A model generated the notes under the pieces. It made no database searches. It was not told where the DNA came from and saw only the letters and a program-made list of their open reading frames with translations. From positions 19,817 through 83,816 of the forward strand of contig CABRZL010000001.1 in NCBI GenBank assembly GCA_902475435.1: a stretch of 64,000 bases of DNA, given 5' to 3'. Source of the DNA: an uncultured Eubacteriales bacterium (GTDB taxonomy: Bacteria > Bacillota > Clostridia > Oscillospirales > Oscillospiraceae). The position numbers and the translations under genes are program-made. Shown piece after piece: positions 44,692 to 54,258 of the stretch (position 1 is the stretch's first letter; every line of letters starts with the position of its first letter).

Positions 44692-46494
44692 ATGAAGAAA
44701 TCTTTATCTCTTCTTTTGGTGCTTGCCATGATGCTGACGTTGTTCAGTGCATGTGGCAACGCCTCCTCTTCTGCTGAGGCCGCATCCTCTGCGCCTGCAG
44801 CCTCTGAGGAGTCCACAGCACCGGAAGCAACTACTGCGCCAGAAGAAACCGAATCGGAGGCTCCCGCTGATTCAGCGGTTGAACCATCCTCCACAGAAGA
44901 GGGAACCGTTGCAGAAACGACCGGCGATCCGTTTGCTGCAATGGCTGAAGAGTACATCTCCTATCCGCTGGAAGGCGATAACACCATTACAATGTGGTAC
45001 TACATCCCCGGCTATCAGGATTTCATGGACTCCAACTACAGCTTCAATGCATTACCCACCGCCGAAGCGGCAACAGGCGTTAAATTGGAGTTCACCGAAG
45101 TCAGCGACCAATCTGCAAATGAACTCTTCAACGTAATGGTCGCCGGCGGCGATATGCCCGACCTGATCCCCGCCATGGAATACTACACCGGCGGTCTTAC
45201 AAAAGCCTATGAGGACGGCATTATTGTAGACATCAACGAGTACATGGAAGAAAACATGCCCAACTATTTGGCTGTTCGCGATTGCCTAGCTGAATCTACC
45301 GTCAAGGCAACCCTGACCGAGGGCATGACTCTGGCTTTCTACCAGATCAAGGACGGCACTTATTCCGGAAACGGCTTTGTTTCCCGTGCCGACTGGATTG
45401 AAGAGCAGGGTGTTGAATTCTCCGGCAACGTTATTTCTCTGGATGAGTTCACCGAATACCTACGCACCATCCACGACGCCTATCAGTGCTCCAACACCAT
45501 TTACATGTATGATGGAACCGTAGGTCTGGAAGCCGCTTTTGACACAGAGATCCCTGTGCTGCAGGGAGACGGTTTTATGACCATGGTTACCTCCGCAATC
45601 TTCCGGAAGGGTGACGAAGTCATGTCCGGCTGGACAACCGACGGCTATCGCGAATACTTGGAATGGGTTCTGCAGATGTTTGACGAAGGCATTATGGCTC
45701 GCGACTTCCTGTCCCTGGACACCGACCGCATGGTCACCAACACTTTGCAGGCCAGCGGCGCCATCGGCGTATGGCAGTCCAACGCCGACAAGATTACCGA
45801 AATTGTGGACACCTATGGTGCGGAATATCCGGACTTAGCTGTCACCGCCATCCCCCGTGTGGCACAGGATCCCAACGCACAATATGTCTGGAACGACGAG
45901 GTTGCCCTGGTCTCCACCATGTCTGGTTTCTCTCTGTCCTCCTCCTGCGATAATCCCGAACTGGTTTGCCAGTGGGAGAACTACTTCTGGACCACTGACG
46001 GTTATTATCTTGCCAACTACGGCACCGAGGGTGAGAGTTACCATATGGACGGCGATACCCCTGTGTTTGACTGGGATCAGCCTGTCACCGTAACCGGCCG
46101 CAATGCGCCGAATGCTGAGATGGCACAGCAGCTGTTCACCATGCTGCGTTTTGCCAGCTTCTATGTGGACAATGATATGCTGCTTCCCACCTTCCCCCAG
46201 ACCGGTCTTGACGCTGTCGAACTGTGGACCATCGACGGTTCCACGGACGACCGTTATTTCCCCTCTGCTGTGAAGAACACCCTGACCTCTGATGAAACTC
46301 TGGAAATTGCGGAATATGAATCCGACTTCCTCACCTATGCATCTGAGACGTGCCTGAAGTTCCTGGATGGTTCTCTGGAGCTTAATGATGAAAACTGGGA
46401 TGAGTATGTTTCCACTTGCGAGAGCATGGGTTTGCCTGAGATCGTAGCCGTTTATCAGAACGCTTACGATGAATATCTGTCCGGCGAACGCTGA
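44692..46494 (+). CDS. Extracellular solute-binding lipoprotein (ABC transporter family 1, large LplA-like type)
   Basis: 600-aa ORF with the lipobox LTLFSACG and a Ser/Ala/Glu/Thr-rich linker followed by the SBP body. Confidence 0.8.
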   Translation: MKKSLSLLLVLAMMLTLFSACGNASSSAEAASSAPAASEESTAPEATTAPEETESEAPADSAVEPSSTEEGTVAETTGDPFAAMAEEYISYPLEGDNTITMWYYIPGYQDFMDSNYSFNALPTAEAATGVKLEFTEVSDQSANELFNVMVAGGDMPDLIPAMEYYTGGLTKAYEDGIIVDINEYMEENMPNYLAVRDCLAESTVKATLTEGMTLAFYQIKDGTYSGNGFVSRADWIEEQGVEFSGNVISLDEFTEYLRTIHDAYQCSNTIYMYDGTVGLEAAFDTEIPVLQGDGFMTMVTSAIFRKGDEVMSGWTTDGYREYLEWVLQMFDEGIMARDFLSLDTDRMVTNTLQASGAIGVWQSNADKITEIVDTYGAEYPDLAVTAIPRVAQDPNAQYVWNDEVALVSTMSGFSLSSSCDNPELVCQWENYFWTTDGYYLANYGTEGESYHMDGDTPVFDWDQPVTVTGRNAPNAEMAQQLFTMLRFASFYVDNDMLLPTFPQTGLDAVELWTIDGSTDDRYFPSAVKNTLTSDETLEIAEYESDFLTYASETCLKFLDGSLELNDENWDEYVSTCESMGLPEIVAVYQNAYDEYLSGER

Positions 46495-46513
46495 TCTTTC
46501 TTTTCAACGATTT

Positions 46514-46547
46514 GGACCGCTCTTTTGGGGAGCGGTCCTCTTTTTAT
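46514..46547 (+). terminator. Terminator after SBP gene
   Basis: GGACCGCT-loop-AGCGGTCC followed by TCTTTTTAT. Confidence 0.7.
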
Positions 46548-46582
46548 ATGGCAGAACTTTTTCAAACGCTTCTTTGCATGTC

Positions 46583-46614
46583 AAGGCGGGACACAGTACA
46601 CTGTGTCCCGCCTT
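46583..46614 (-). terminator. Terminator after icd
   Basis: AAGGCGGGACACAG-taca-CTGTGTCCCGCCTT, directly below the stop at 46620. Confidence 0.7.
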
Positions 46615-46619
46615 GCTGC

Positions 46620-47843
46620 TCATACATTTTCGTAACACGCCCGCAGTCTCATTCCAATGGAATCTATAAACGCAGACGAGGTAACCTTTTTCGCGCTCCC
46701 TTTTTCCCATAGCTGGCACAAGTCTCCAGTCATGACGCCCGATCGAATCACGTCCAAACTACACTGTTCCAGACGATCAGCAAAGGTTACAAGCGCTGTC
46801 AGTCCATCCTTTTCTCCACGTTTTCTCAGCGCCCCGCTCCATGCGAAAATCGTGGCAATGGGATTCGTAGAAGTCTCCTCGCCTTTTAAATACCGGTAGT
46901 AGTGTCGGGTCACCGTACCGTGAGCCGCCTCGTATTCATAATTCCCTTCGGGAGACACCAACACAGACGTCATCATGGCCAGCGAACCAAACGCCGTGGA
47001 AACCATGTCGCTCATCACATCGCCGTCATAGTTCTTCAGCGCCCAGATAAAGCCTCCCTCTGATCGAATAACACGAGCCACTGCATCATCAATCAGTGTA
47101 TAGAAATAAGTAAGTCCCTTCTGAGCAAACTGCTCTTTATATTCCGCTATATAAATGCGCTGAAACGTGTCTCGAAAGGTGCCGTCATACTGTTTTGCAA
47201 TGGTATCCTTTGCCGAAAACCATAGATCCTGCTCCGTGGCCAAGGCATAGGAAAAGCAGCTGCGAGCAAAGGATTCTATGGAAGAATCCTTATTATATTG
47301 TCCCGTCAATATGCCGCCGCATTCAAAATCATAGATCGTTTTCCGGCTCACAGATCCGGTCTTGTCGGTAAATACCAGCTCTGCTTTTCCCTCCGGCACC
47401 CGCATTTCTGCAGCCTTATACACATCCCCATAGGCATGTCTTGCTATGGTAATCGGTTTTTTCCAAGTCCGCACTACCGGGGAGATTCCTTCTACCAGAA
47501 TGGGGGTCCGAAACACCGTGCCATCCAGAATCGCGCGAATGGTACCGTTGGGGCTTTTCCACATCTCGTGGAGATGATATTCGCTCATACGAGCCGTATT
47601 GGGAGTGATCGTAGCACATTTAACGCCTACTCCATATTTTCGATTGGCTTCCGCCGCCTCTACTGTTACCCGATCTTCAGTCGCATCCCGATTTGGCAGT
47701 CCCAAATCGTAATATTCCGTTTTTAGATCCACAAACGGCGTAATCAATTTTTCTTTGATCTCCCGCCACAGGACCCGCGTCATCTCATCGCCGTCCATTT
47801 CCACCAGCGGCGTTGTCATTTTAATTTTTTCCACCAGCACCAT
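46620..47843 (-). CDS. icd: NADP-dependent isocitrate dehydrogenase (eukaryote-like dimeric type)
   Basis: Contains VEMDGDEMTRVLW, GVKCATITPN, NYDGDVMSD. The start could instead be the ATG at 47819. Confidence 0.93.
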   Translation of the reverse strand: MVLVEKIKMTTPLVEMDGDEMTRVLWREIKEKLITPFVDLKTEYYDLGLPNRDATEDRVTVEAAEANRKYGVGVKCATITPNTARMSEYHLHEMWKSPNGTIRAILDGTVFRTPILVEGISPVVRTWKKPITIARHAYGDVYKAAEMRVPEGKAELVFTDKTGSVSRKTIYDFECGGILTGQYNKDSSIESFARSCFSYALATEQDLWFSAKDTIAKQYDGTFRDTFQRIYIAEYKEQFAQKGLTYFYTLIDDAVARVIRSEGGFIWALKNYDGDVMSDMVSTAFGSLAMMTSVLVSPEGNYEYEAAHGTVTRHYYRYLKGEETSTNPIATIFAWSGALRKRGEKDGLTALVTFADRLEQCSLDVIRSGVMTGDLCQLWEKGSAKKVTSSAFIDSIGMRLRACYENV

Positions 47844-47874
47844 CCCTCATCTTTTTTCTGTATTATAGCGGATT

Positions 47875-48144
47875 TCAGTTGGAATTAACATTGTCTATTT
47901 TCACAAAGACCAAACGTATCTTTTCATTTTTCCAGGCAAGTTCCACGGCTGTTCTTCCGGGAATTGTATCGTTCTGTTTTGTCATATCTTTGCTATCGGC
48001 AAAACATAGAGTATTCCATTTCCCCTCAGTCCGCTTCCCTGTTGTGCCTGTACTTGTCCTATTGTGAAACCAATTTGCATCCCTTGAAGCCTGATTTTTC
48101 AACTCTTGTTGTGTAAAGCCACCGTTTTCGCCTTGACGCATCAT
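47875..48144 (-). CDS. Hypothetical 89-aa ORF (weak call)
   Basis: This is the only ORF in a 460-nt AT-richer gap. It has no convincing RBS and no recognised family. Confidence 0.3.
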   Translation of the reverse strand: MMRQGENGGFTQQELKNQASRDANWFHNRTSTGTTGKRTEGKWNTLCFADSKDMTKQNDTIPGRTAVELAWKNEKIRLVFVKIDNVNSN

Positions 48145-48158
48145 GTTTCAGTCGCTAG

Positions 48159-48240
48159 TTATCCACAATATCGCTGTCCTATACACATTCTGCACGGAGT
48201 TTTCCACAAAATTTCCTGAGTTTACACAGGCTTTTCCACT
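48159..48240 (+). promoter_or_regulatory. Array of five co-oriented DnaA-box-like 9-mers
   Basis: TTATCCACA (48159, exact consensus), CTATACACA (48179), TTTTCCACA (48200), GTTTACACA (48220), TTTTCCACT (48232). Start-to-start spacings are 20, 21, 20 and 12 nt. Confidence 0.55.
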
Positions 48241-48304
48241 TCAAAACCTGCGATATGGCTGATATAATGGTTTCCATAACGCGGAAACACGGGAGGCACA
48301 TCTC

Positions 48305-49114
48305 ATGAAAAAAAGATTTTCCATAGCATATTTTATCACCCTGCTTTTTGCACTGTTGGCCGCAGGATTTCGGCTCTGGAGTCTATTGGCAGCGGTGGAT
48401 GAACAAGGGCTTCCCGTAACACACCTTTCCACCACTCTTCTGATTGCAGCTTCGGCTTTGTTCCTGCTGCTGGCACTTTTCCTTTCGTTTCACTCCCCAG
48501 GCCGCAGCGGCAGATATCAGGTTCTGACTTACGGAACCGGCGGATTCCTTTGCAGTATGACTGCTTCTATTTTCATTCTTGTGGGTTCCTGCGTAGAATT
48601 TGGAGAAGCTCTGCTCTCCGGTCCCAGTTTTACTGCTCCGATCATATGTCTGTTCGGCTTGTTGGGAGGCATCTGCTGTGGTTTGACCGCATGGCTTCGT
48701 CGTTCATCCGTTCGCCGTTCCCCTGTTGCTGAGCTTGTGCCGATTGTTTATCTGCTGATCAAATTAGTTCTGAATTTTAAAACCTGGAGCACGGATCCCA
48801 TTATTTCAGATTACTGCGTCATTCTTTTTGCTCTGATTTTTTCACTTTTGGCTTTTTATTATGGCGCCGGCTTCGTTTTTAATCAGGGAAAACCCCGTCG
48901 CACGCTGTTTAGCGCTATGAATGCCGTATTTTTTTGTGCTGCCGCTATCATGGACGGCATCATTGATTTGAGTCCGTCCACCGTGATCACCTATGCAGGA
49001 TTTTTATTGTGGCAATGTCCAGTTATTTGGGATCTGCTGGCACCCGGAGGTACAGATTTTGTCTCCCCAAAGGCGAAGCGCGCCATGAGTCGCGGCTCAC
49101 AAAAGCAACCGTAA
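48305..49114 (+). CDS. Hypothetical integral membrane protein
   Basis: 269-aa ORF with about 7 hydrophobic segments and a GGGAGG RBS. No family recognised. Confidence 0.7.
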   Translation: MKKRFSIAYFITLLFALLAAGFRLWSLLAAVDEQGLPVTHLSTTLLIAASALFLLLALFLSFHSPGRSGRYQVLTYGTGGFLCSMTASIFILVGSCVEFGEALLSGPSFTAPIICLFGLLGGICCGLTAWLRRSSVRRSPVAELVPIVYLLIKLVLNFKTWSTDPIISDYCVILFALIFSLLAFYYGAGFVFNQGKPRRTLFSAMNAVFFCAAAIMDGIIDLSPSTVITYAGFLLWQCPVIWDLLAPGGTDFVSPKAKRAMSRGSQKQP

Positions 49115-49126
49115 TCTTACGCATCA

Positions 49127-49162
49127 CCCCGTGTATAGATTGTACACGGGGCTCATTTTTTT
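49127..49162 (+). terminator. Terminator after membrane protein gene
   Basis: CCCCGTGTA-loop-TACACGGGG followed by CTCATTTTTTT. Confidence 0.75.
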
Positions 49163-49201
49163 CCTTTGAAAAAATGTTTCAAAATTATTCACAAAGTTCT
49201 A

Positions 49202-49230
49202 TTGACAATACAGGGAAGTAGTGGTACATT
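49202..49230 (+). promoter_or_regulatory. Promoter of hrcA-grpE-dnaK-dnaJ operon
   Basis: TTGACA-17 nt-TACATT with an extended TGg. Confidence 0.7.
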
Positions 49231-49234
49231 TAAA

Positions 49235-49261
49235 TTAGCACTCAGAGAGATCGAGTGCTAA
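49235..49261. promoter_or_regulatory. CIRCE operator (HrcA binding site)
   Basis: TTAGCACTC-agagagatc-GAGTGCTAA, a perfect consensus match immediately after the -10. Confidence 0.92.
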
Positions 49262-49279
49262 ATCAAGGAGGCATGCAAT

Positions 49280-50356
49280 GTGGATCTTACAGAGCGGCAA
49301 AAAAAAATACTCCGCGCTGTGGTGGACAGTTATGTAGCAACGGCGGAACCAGTCGGTTCCAAATCCATCGCTGCACAGCCAGATATGCATTATTCCTCCG
49401 CCACAATCCGCAATGAAATGGCTTATCTCACAGAACAGGGCCTCTTGGAGCAGCCTCACACTTCTGCCGGCCGTATTCCTTCTCCTGCTGGTTATCGGCT
49501 GTACATCGACGAGCTTATGCAGGACTACCGTCTCAGCCGGGACGAAACGCAAAGCCTAAGTCAGGTGATGACCGATAAGTTAGAAGAATTTGACAAAGCC
49601 ATTGCCCAAGTGGGTCAGCTCATTTCTAAGTTGACAAATCTGCCGGCCTACGCTGTAGCTACCAAGAGCCGGGCCGTTACTGTCCAACGGTTTGAACTCA
49701 TTCAAACCGCCCCATATACCTTTATTTTGGTATTGCTTATGAGCACAGAAGCAGTTCACAACAAACTGATTAAACTGCCGGTAAATGTAGATTCACAGGA
49801 TCTGAAGAGTCTTGTAGCGATGCTTAACACATCGCTTACCGATCTGTCGCATGAAGAAATCACGCCACAGGTCTTGAACAAGATTCAGAGAAACGCCGGA
49901 TCTGCTGCAAACTTGGTATCTGTAATTGTAGAGTTTACCATGAAAACGCTGGCAGATGAGCAGAAAAACGAAGTGTTCGTCACAGGCCAAACCAAACTTT
50001 TGGGACAGCCGGAATATCAGGACATCGGAAAAGCAACGGAACTAATCTCTCATCTGGATGAAGAAGTAATCTCTACAATACCGGTCCCAGATGCAGATTC
50101 CAATGTCAAGATTTTAGTAGGGCCTGAAAATGTATCGCAGGCATTGAAGGAAACCAGCGTCGTCATGGCCCGATATGATTTGGGTGACGGTATGCAGGGT
50201 ATGCTGGGCGTGGTAGGTCCCACTCGTATGGACTATGCGCAGGTAGCTGCAAGACTTTCATATTTTGCCGAAGGTTTGGGCAAGATGTTCTCAAAAGCAC
50301 TTCCCCCCTCATCCCCGGCTCCGGACACTCCCGACACCCAAAAACAGGAGGATTGA
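49280..50356 (+). CDS. hrcA: Heat-inducible transcription repressor HrcA
   Basis: GTG start 8 nt after AAGGAGG. Contains LTERQKKILRAVVDSYVATAEPVGSKSI. Confidence 0.95.
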   Translation: MDLTERQKKILRAVVDSYVATAEPVGSKSIAAQPDMHYSSATIRNEMAYLTEQGLLEQPHTSAGRIPSPAGYRLYIDELMQDYRLSRDETQSLSQVMTDKLEEFDKAIAQVGQLISKLTNLPAYAVATKSRAVTVQRFELIQTAPYTFILVLLMSTEAVHNKLIKLPVNVDSQDLKSLVAMLNTSLTDLSHEEITPQVLNKIQRNAGSAANLVSVIVEFTMKTLADEQKNEVFVTGQTKLLGQPEYQDIGKATELISHLDEEVISTIPVPDADSNVKILVGPENVSQALKETSVVMARYDLGDGMQGMLGVVGPTRMDYAQVAARLSYFAEGLGKMFSKALPPSSPAPDTPDTQKQED

Positions 50357-50362
50357 TTCCAT

Positions 50363-50974
50363 ATGGATGAAAATTTAAAAAAGCCACAGGAGGCAGAGCT
50401 CCCTGCAGAAGAAACCAACAACACAGAGGAACCTGCTCCTACCGAAAAAACTGACGCCGCAGAGGAAACGGTAGTATCCCCCGACAAAACATCATCGGAT
50501 ACTGATGAAGCCTCTAAAAACGAGGATCAAAAACCTGATCCGCTACAGGAGGCTCAGGCAAAGCTCCAGCAAGAGCATGATCAGTATCTCCGTCTTGCCG
50601 CTGAATATGACAATTTCCGCAAGCGTTCACAAAAGGAAAAAGATAATCTCTATCGAAACGCAAAAGCAGATACCATCGAAAAGTTTTTGCCTGTATTTGA
50701 CAATCTATGCCGCGCCATGGAGCAGGAAACAACTGATCTGGCATACAAAAAAGGCGTTGAAATGACGATGACCGGTTTCATGGAGATTCTGAAAAAACTG
50801 GACGTCACCATTTACGGCGAGCCAGGCGACATATTCTCCCCTGAACTTCACAATGCTGTGATGCACATAGAGGATGACAATTATAAAGAAGGACAAATCG
50901 TTCAGGTTTTCCAAAAAGGATTTAAGCTGGGCGATAAGGTTATCCGGTTTGCCATGGTTCAAACGGCAAACTAA
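50363..50974 (+). CDS. grpE: Nucleotide exchange factor GrpE
   Basis: 203-aa ORF. Contains YLRLAAEYDNFRKRSQKE and a C-terminal beta-domain GFKLGDKVIRFAMV. Confidence 0.95.
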   Translation: MDENLKKPQEAELPAEETNNTEEPAPTEKTDAAEETVVSPDKTSSDTDEASKNEDQKPDPLQEAQAKLQQEHDQYLRLAAEYDNFRKRSQKEKDNLYRNAKADTIEKFLPVFDNLCRAMEQETTDLAYKKGVEMTMTGFMEILKKLDVTIYGEPGDIFSPELHNAVMHIEDDNYKEGQIVQVFQKGFKLGDKVIRFAMVQTAN

Positions 50975-51023
50975 GGATCATATATAAATTTGTAAAATTG
51001 ATTCATATAGGAGGAATTTTATT

Positions 51024-52859
51024 ATGGCTAAGATTATAGGTATTGATTTAGGTACAACAAACTCTTGCGTGGCTGTAATGGAAGGCGGCGAGCCCGTCGT
51101 TATTGCAAACGCAGAGGGCGGTAGAACCACCCCATCTGTGGTGGCATTTTCCAAAACCGGCGAGCGTATGGTAGGCCAGGTGGCAAAACGTCAGGCTATT
51201 CAGAACCCTGACCGGACGATTTCTTCCATCAAGCGTAAAATGGGTACCGACCAAAAAGTTACAATAGATGGGAAGCATTACACGCCTCAGGAAATTTCCG
51301 CAATGATTCTTCAAAAACTGAAAGCGGACGCCGAATCCTATTTAGGCCAAACCGTCTCAGAGGCCGTTATCACAGTTCCCGCCTACTTCAATGACGCACA
51401 GCGTCAGGCAACCAAAGACGCCGGCCGAATTGCAGGCCTTGATGTAAAGCGTATCATTAACGAGCCTACCGCTGCCGCACTTGCTTACGGTGTGGATAAA
51501 GAAGAAGACCAGAAAGTTATGGTATATGACTTAGGCGGCGGTACCTTCGATGTTTCCATCCTGGAAATTGGCGACGGCGTTATCGAGGTTTTGGCAACTG
51601 CCGGCGATACCCACTTGGGCGGCGATGACTTTGATCAACGGATTATGGATTATTTGGCTTCCGAATTTAAAAAGGAAAATGGTATTGACTTGACTGCCGA
51701 TAAGGTTGCAATGCAGCGACTCAAAGAAGCGGCTGAGAAAGCAAAAATCGAACTTTCCAGTGTTACCACTTCCAATATCAACCTGCCTTATATCACTGCT
51801 GACGCCACCGGTCCCAAGCATTTGGATATGACGTTGTCCCGTGCAAAGTTCAATGAACTTACCGCTGACTTGGTAGAAAAAACCATGGTTCCGGTTCGTC
51901 AGGCTATGAGCGATGCAGGACTTTCCAACTCCGACCTCTCCAAGGTTCTGCTGGTGGGCGGCTCCAGCCGTATCCCGGCAGTTCAGGAGGCCGTCAAGAA
52001 GATCACCGGAAAGGATGGATTCAAAGGCATCAACCCCGATGAATGCGTGGCCATAGGCGCTGCCATTCAGGGCGGTGTCCTTGGCGGCGATGTAAAGGGC
52101 CTGCTGTTGCTGGACGTTACCCCCCTGAGTTTGGGCATCGAGACAATGGGCGGCGTGTTCACCAAACTGATTGAGCGCAACACCACAATCCCCACTAAGA
52201 AGAGCCAGATCTTCTCCACAGCGGCTGATAATCAGACTTCTGTAGAAGTCCATGTGCTCCAGGGCGAACGTGAGATGGCTGCTTATAATAAGACACTAGG
52301 CAAGTTCCATTTGGATGGCATCGCTCCCGCACGCCGCGGTGTCCCGCAGATTGAGGTTACCTTCGATATTGATGCCAACGGTATTGTAAACGTCTCTGCT
52401 ACCGACAAAGGCACCGGTAAAGAGCAGCATATCACCATTACCTCCTCTTCCAACCTCTCCAAAGAAGATATTGATAAGGCAATCAAAGAAGCCGAGCAAT
52501 ATGCAGCGGAAGATAAAGCCCGGAAGGATGAGGTCGATGCCCGTAATGCCGCCGATCAGGTAATCTATCAGTCCGAGAAAACGCTGGAGGAGCTTGGCGA
52601 CAAGGTTTCCGAAAGCGAAAAGGCGCCAATCAAAGAAGCCATCGAAAAACTTCGCGAGACGTTGAAGGGCTCTGACGTGGAAGCTATCAAGTCCGCCACA
52701 GAAGAGGTTCAAAAGGCGTTCTACAGCATTTCTGAGAAGCTCTATCAGCAGCAGGCGCAGAATGGCGCAGATTCCGGAACAACCGGCACAACTGGCTCTG
52801 CTCCCAACGACGATGGCGTAGTAGACGCAGACTACGAAGTCGTAGATGACGATCAGTAA
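51024..52859 (+). CDS. dnaK: Molecular chaperone DnaK (Hsp70)
   Basis: 611-aa ORF. Contains [37 protein letters not shown]. Confidence 0.98.
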   Translation: MAKIIGIDLGTTNSCVAVMEGGEPVVIANAEGGRTTPSVVAFSKTGERMVGQVAKRQAIQNPDRTISSIKRKMGTDQKVTIDGKHYTPQEISAMILQKLKADAESYLGQTVSEAVITVPAYFNDAQRQATKDAGRIAGLDVKRIINEPTAAALAYGVDKEEDQKVMVYDLGGGTFDVSILEIGDGVIEVLATAGDTHLGGDDFDQRIMDYLASEFKKENGIDLTADKVAMQRLKEAAEKAKIELSSVTTSNINLPYITADATGPKHLDMTLSRAKFNELTADLVEKTMVPVRQAMSDAGLSNSDLSKVLLVGGSSRIPAVQEAVKKITGKDGFKGINPDECVAIGAAIQGGVLGGDVKGLLLLDVTPLSLGIETMGGVFTKLIERNTTIPTKKSQIFSTAADNQTSVEVHVLQGEREMAAYNKTLGKFHLDGIAPARRGVPQIEVTFDIDANGIVNVSATDKGTGKEQHITITSSSNLSKEDIDKAIKEAEQYAAEDKARKDEVDARNAADQVIYQSEKTLEELGDKVSESEKAPIKEAIEKLRETLKGSDVEAIKSATEEVQKAFYSISEKLYQQQAQNGADSGTTGTTGSAPNDDGVVDADYEVVDDDQ

Positions 52860-52940
52860 TTTATGCAGTTTTAGTGGAGCGTGGAGCCTTACCTTCACGC
52901 TCCACCTTGTGTGTAAATCCATCTGACGAGGTGAGAGATT

Positions 52941-54101
52941 ATGGCTGATAAAGAAAAAAGAGATTATTACGAAGTCCTCGGCGTGGATAAATCCGCCTCC
53001 GAGGATGAGATTAAAAAAGCATACCGGAAAGCCGCTAAGGCAAACCATCCGGACCTACATCCGGGCGATAAAGAGGCAGAGGCCCGATTCAAGGAAATCG
53101 GTGAGGCTTACGAGGTACTCTCTGACGCTGAAAAGCGTGCCCGCTACGACCAATACGGCTTTGCCGGTGTGGATCCGAATTATGCCGCCGATAGCGGATT
53201 CGGCGGATTTGGTGGCGGATTCGGCGGATTTGATGTAGATCTGGGCAGCATTTTCAACGATTTCTTCGGCGGCGGCAGTTCCAGCTCCACTCGGAGAAAT
53301 GGCCCCCGCAAAGGAGAAAACGTTCGTGCCAGTGTTATGCTGACTTTTGAAGAGGCCGCTTTTGGCTGTGAAAAGAACGTCTCTGTCTCGCGCATTGAGG
53401 AATGCCCGAAATGCAAAGGCAGCGGCTCTGCCGACGGAAGCGCACCGGAAACCTGCTCTGCCTGCCACGGCACAGGCTATACCCGCACAGTGCGGCAAAC
53501 ACCTTTCGGCTCCATGCAGCAACAAACTACATGTGCAAAATGTGGCGGTACCGGTAAAACAGTCAGAAATCCTTGTCCTACTTGCCGCGGTAAGGGCAAG
53601 GTCCGGAAAAATAAAAAGATTTCGGTAAAAATTCCTGCTGGCGTAGACAACGGCCAGGCAGTTCGCGTAGCCGGCGAGGGTTCTGTGGGTTCTAATGGCG
53701 GCCCCAAAGGCGACCTGCTGGTAGAAGTCAGCGTTATGAAGCATCCACTCTTTGAACGCGAGGGCAGCGACGTGATTTGCGAGATGCCCATTACATTTTC
53801 TCAGGCCGCTTTGGGCGGTGAGCTGGAAGTTCCAACATTGGATGGTAAAGTCCGTTATTCTATTCCGGAAGGTACGCAGACAGGCACAACTTTCCGGCTC
53901 AGGAACAAAGGCATTCCAGTCGTGGGATACCAGAATCGCCGCGGCGATCAATATGTCACTGTAGTTGTGGAGACTCCTAAAAATTTGACCAGAGAACAAA
54001 AAGAACTCCTCAAAAAATTCGGAGAGGCCACGGGAGACGAATCTACACCCAAGCGCAAAAGCTTCTTTGAAAAGATGCGGGATAACTTCAAGAACATCTA
54101 A
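52941..54101 (+). CDS. dnaJ: Molecular chaperone DnaJ
   Basis: J-domain with HPD (KANHPDLHP), a G/F region, and four CxxCxGxG zinc motifs. Confidence 0.97.
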   Translation: MADKEKRDYYEVLGVDKSASEDEIKKAYRKAAKANHPDLHPGDKEAEARFKEIGEAYEVLSDAEKRARYDQYGFAGVDPNYAADSGFGGFGGGFGGFDVDLGSIFNDFFGGGSSSSTRRNGPRKGENVRASVMLTFEEAAFGCEKNVSVSRIEECPKCKGSGSADGSAPETCSACHGTGYTRTVRQTPFGSMQQQTTCAKCGGTGKTVRNPCPTCRGKGKVRKNKKISVKIPAGVDNGQAVRVAGEGSVGSNGGPKGDLLVEVSVMKHPLFEREGSDVICEMPITFSQAALGGELEVPTLDGKVRYSIPEGTQTGTTFRLRNKGIPVVGYQNRRGDQYVTVVVETPKNLTREQKELLKKFGEATGDESTPKRKSFFEKMRDNFKNI

Positions 54102-54102
54102 A

Positions 54103-54138
54103 AATTAGGCGCGTCTAATACGATGCGCCTAATTTTTG
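54103..54138 (+). terminator. Terminator after dnaJ
   Basis: AATTAGGCGC-loop-GCGCCTAATT followed by TTTTG. Confidence 0.8.
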
Positions 54139-54258
54139 ACCTTTTCTACAATTTTCCGTCGGAAATCTTTTATAAATTTTTTATGTCATCCCTGTACAAT
54201 TGTGGTGAAACTTGTTATAATATTTGCGTACAACCTTTGATTTTCACCAATTTGGAGC

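Noticed and set aside
47844-48304. Possibility that the DnaA-box array plus the AT-richer gap is the chromosomal origin (oriC).
   Set aside because: There is no dnaA, dnaN or rpmH in the window. I could identify no clear AT-rich unwinding element with 13-mer-like repeats or DnaA-trios, and there is only one exact box. It is kept as a DnaA-box cluster finding. An origin claim would need genome-wide GC skew.
51491-51499. Exact reverse DnaA box TGTGGATAA inside dnaK (a near-match CGTGGATAA lies in dnaJ at about 52983).
   Set aside because: These are isolated sites that simply encode the conserved peptide G-V-D-K. They are not clustered and occur in the middle of coding sequence.
52874-52905. 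10-bp hairpin GTGGAGCGTG...CACGCTCCAC between dnaK and dnaJ, considered as a terminator.
   Set aside because: No T-run follows it. It is more likely an intercistronic mRNA processing or stability element within the operon, so it is not reported as a terminator.
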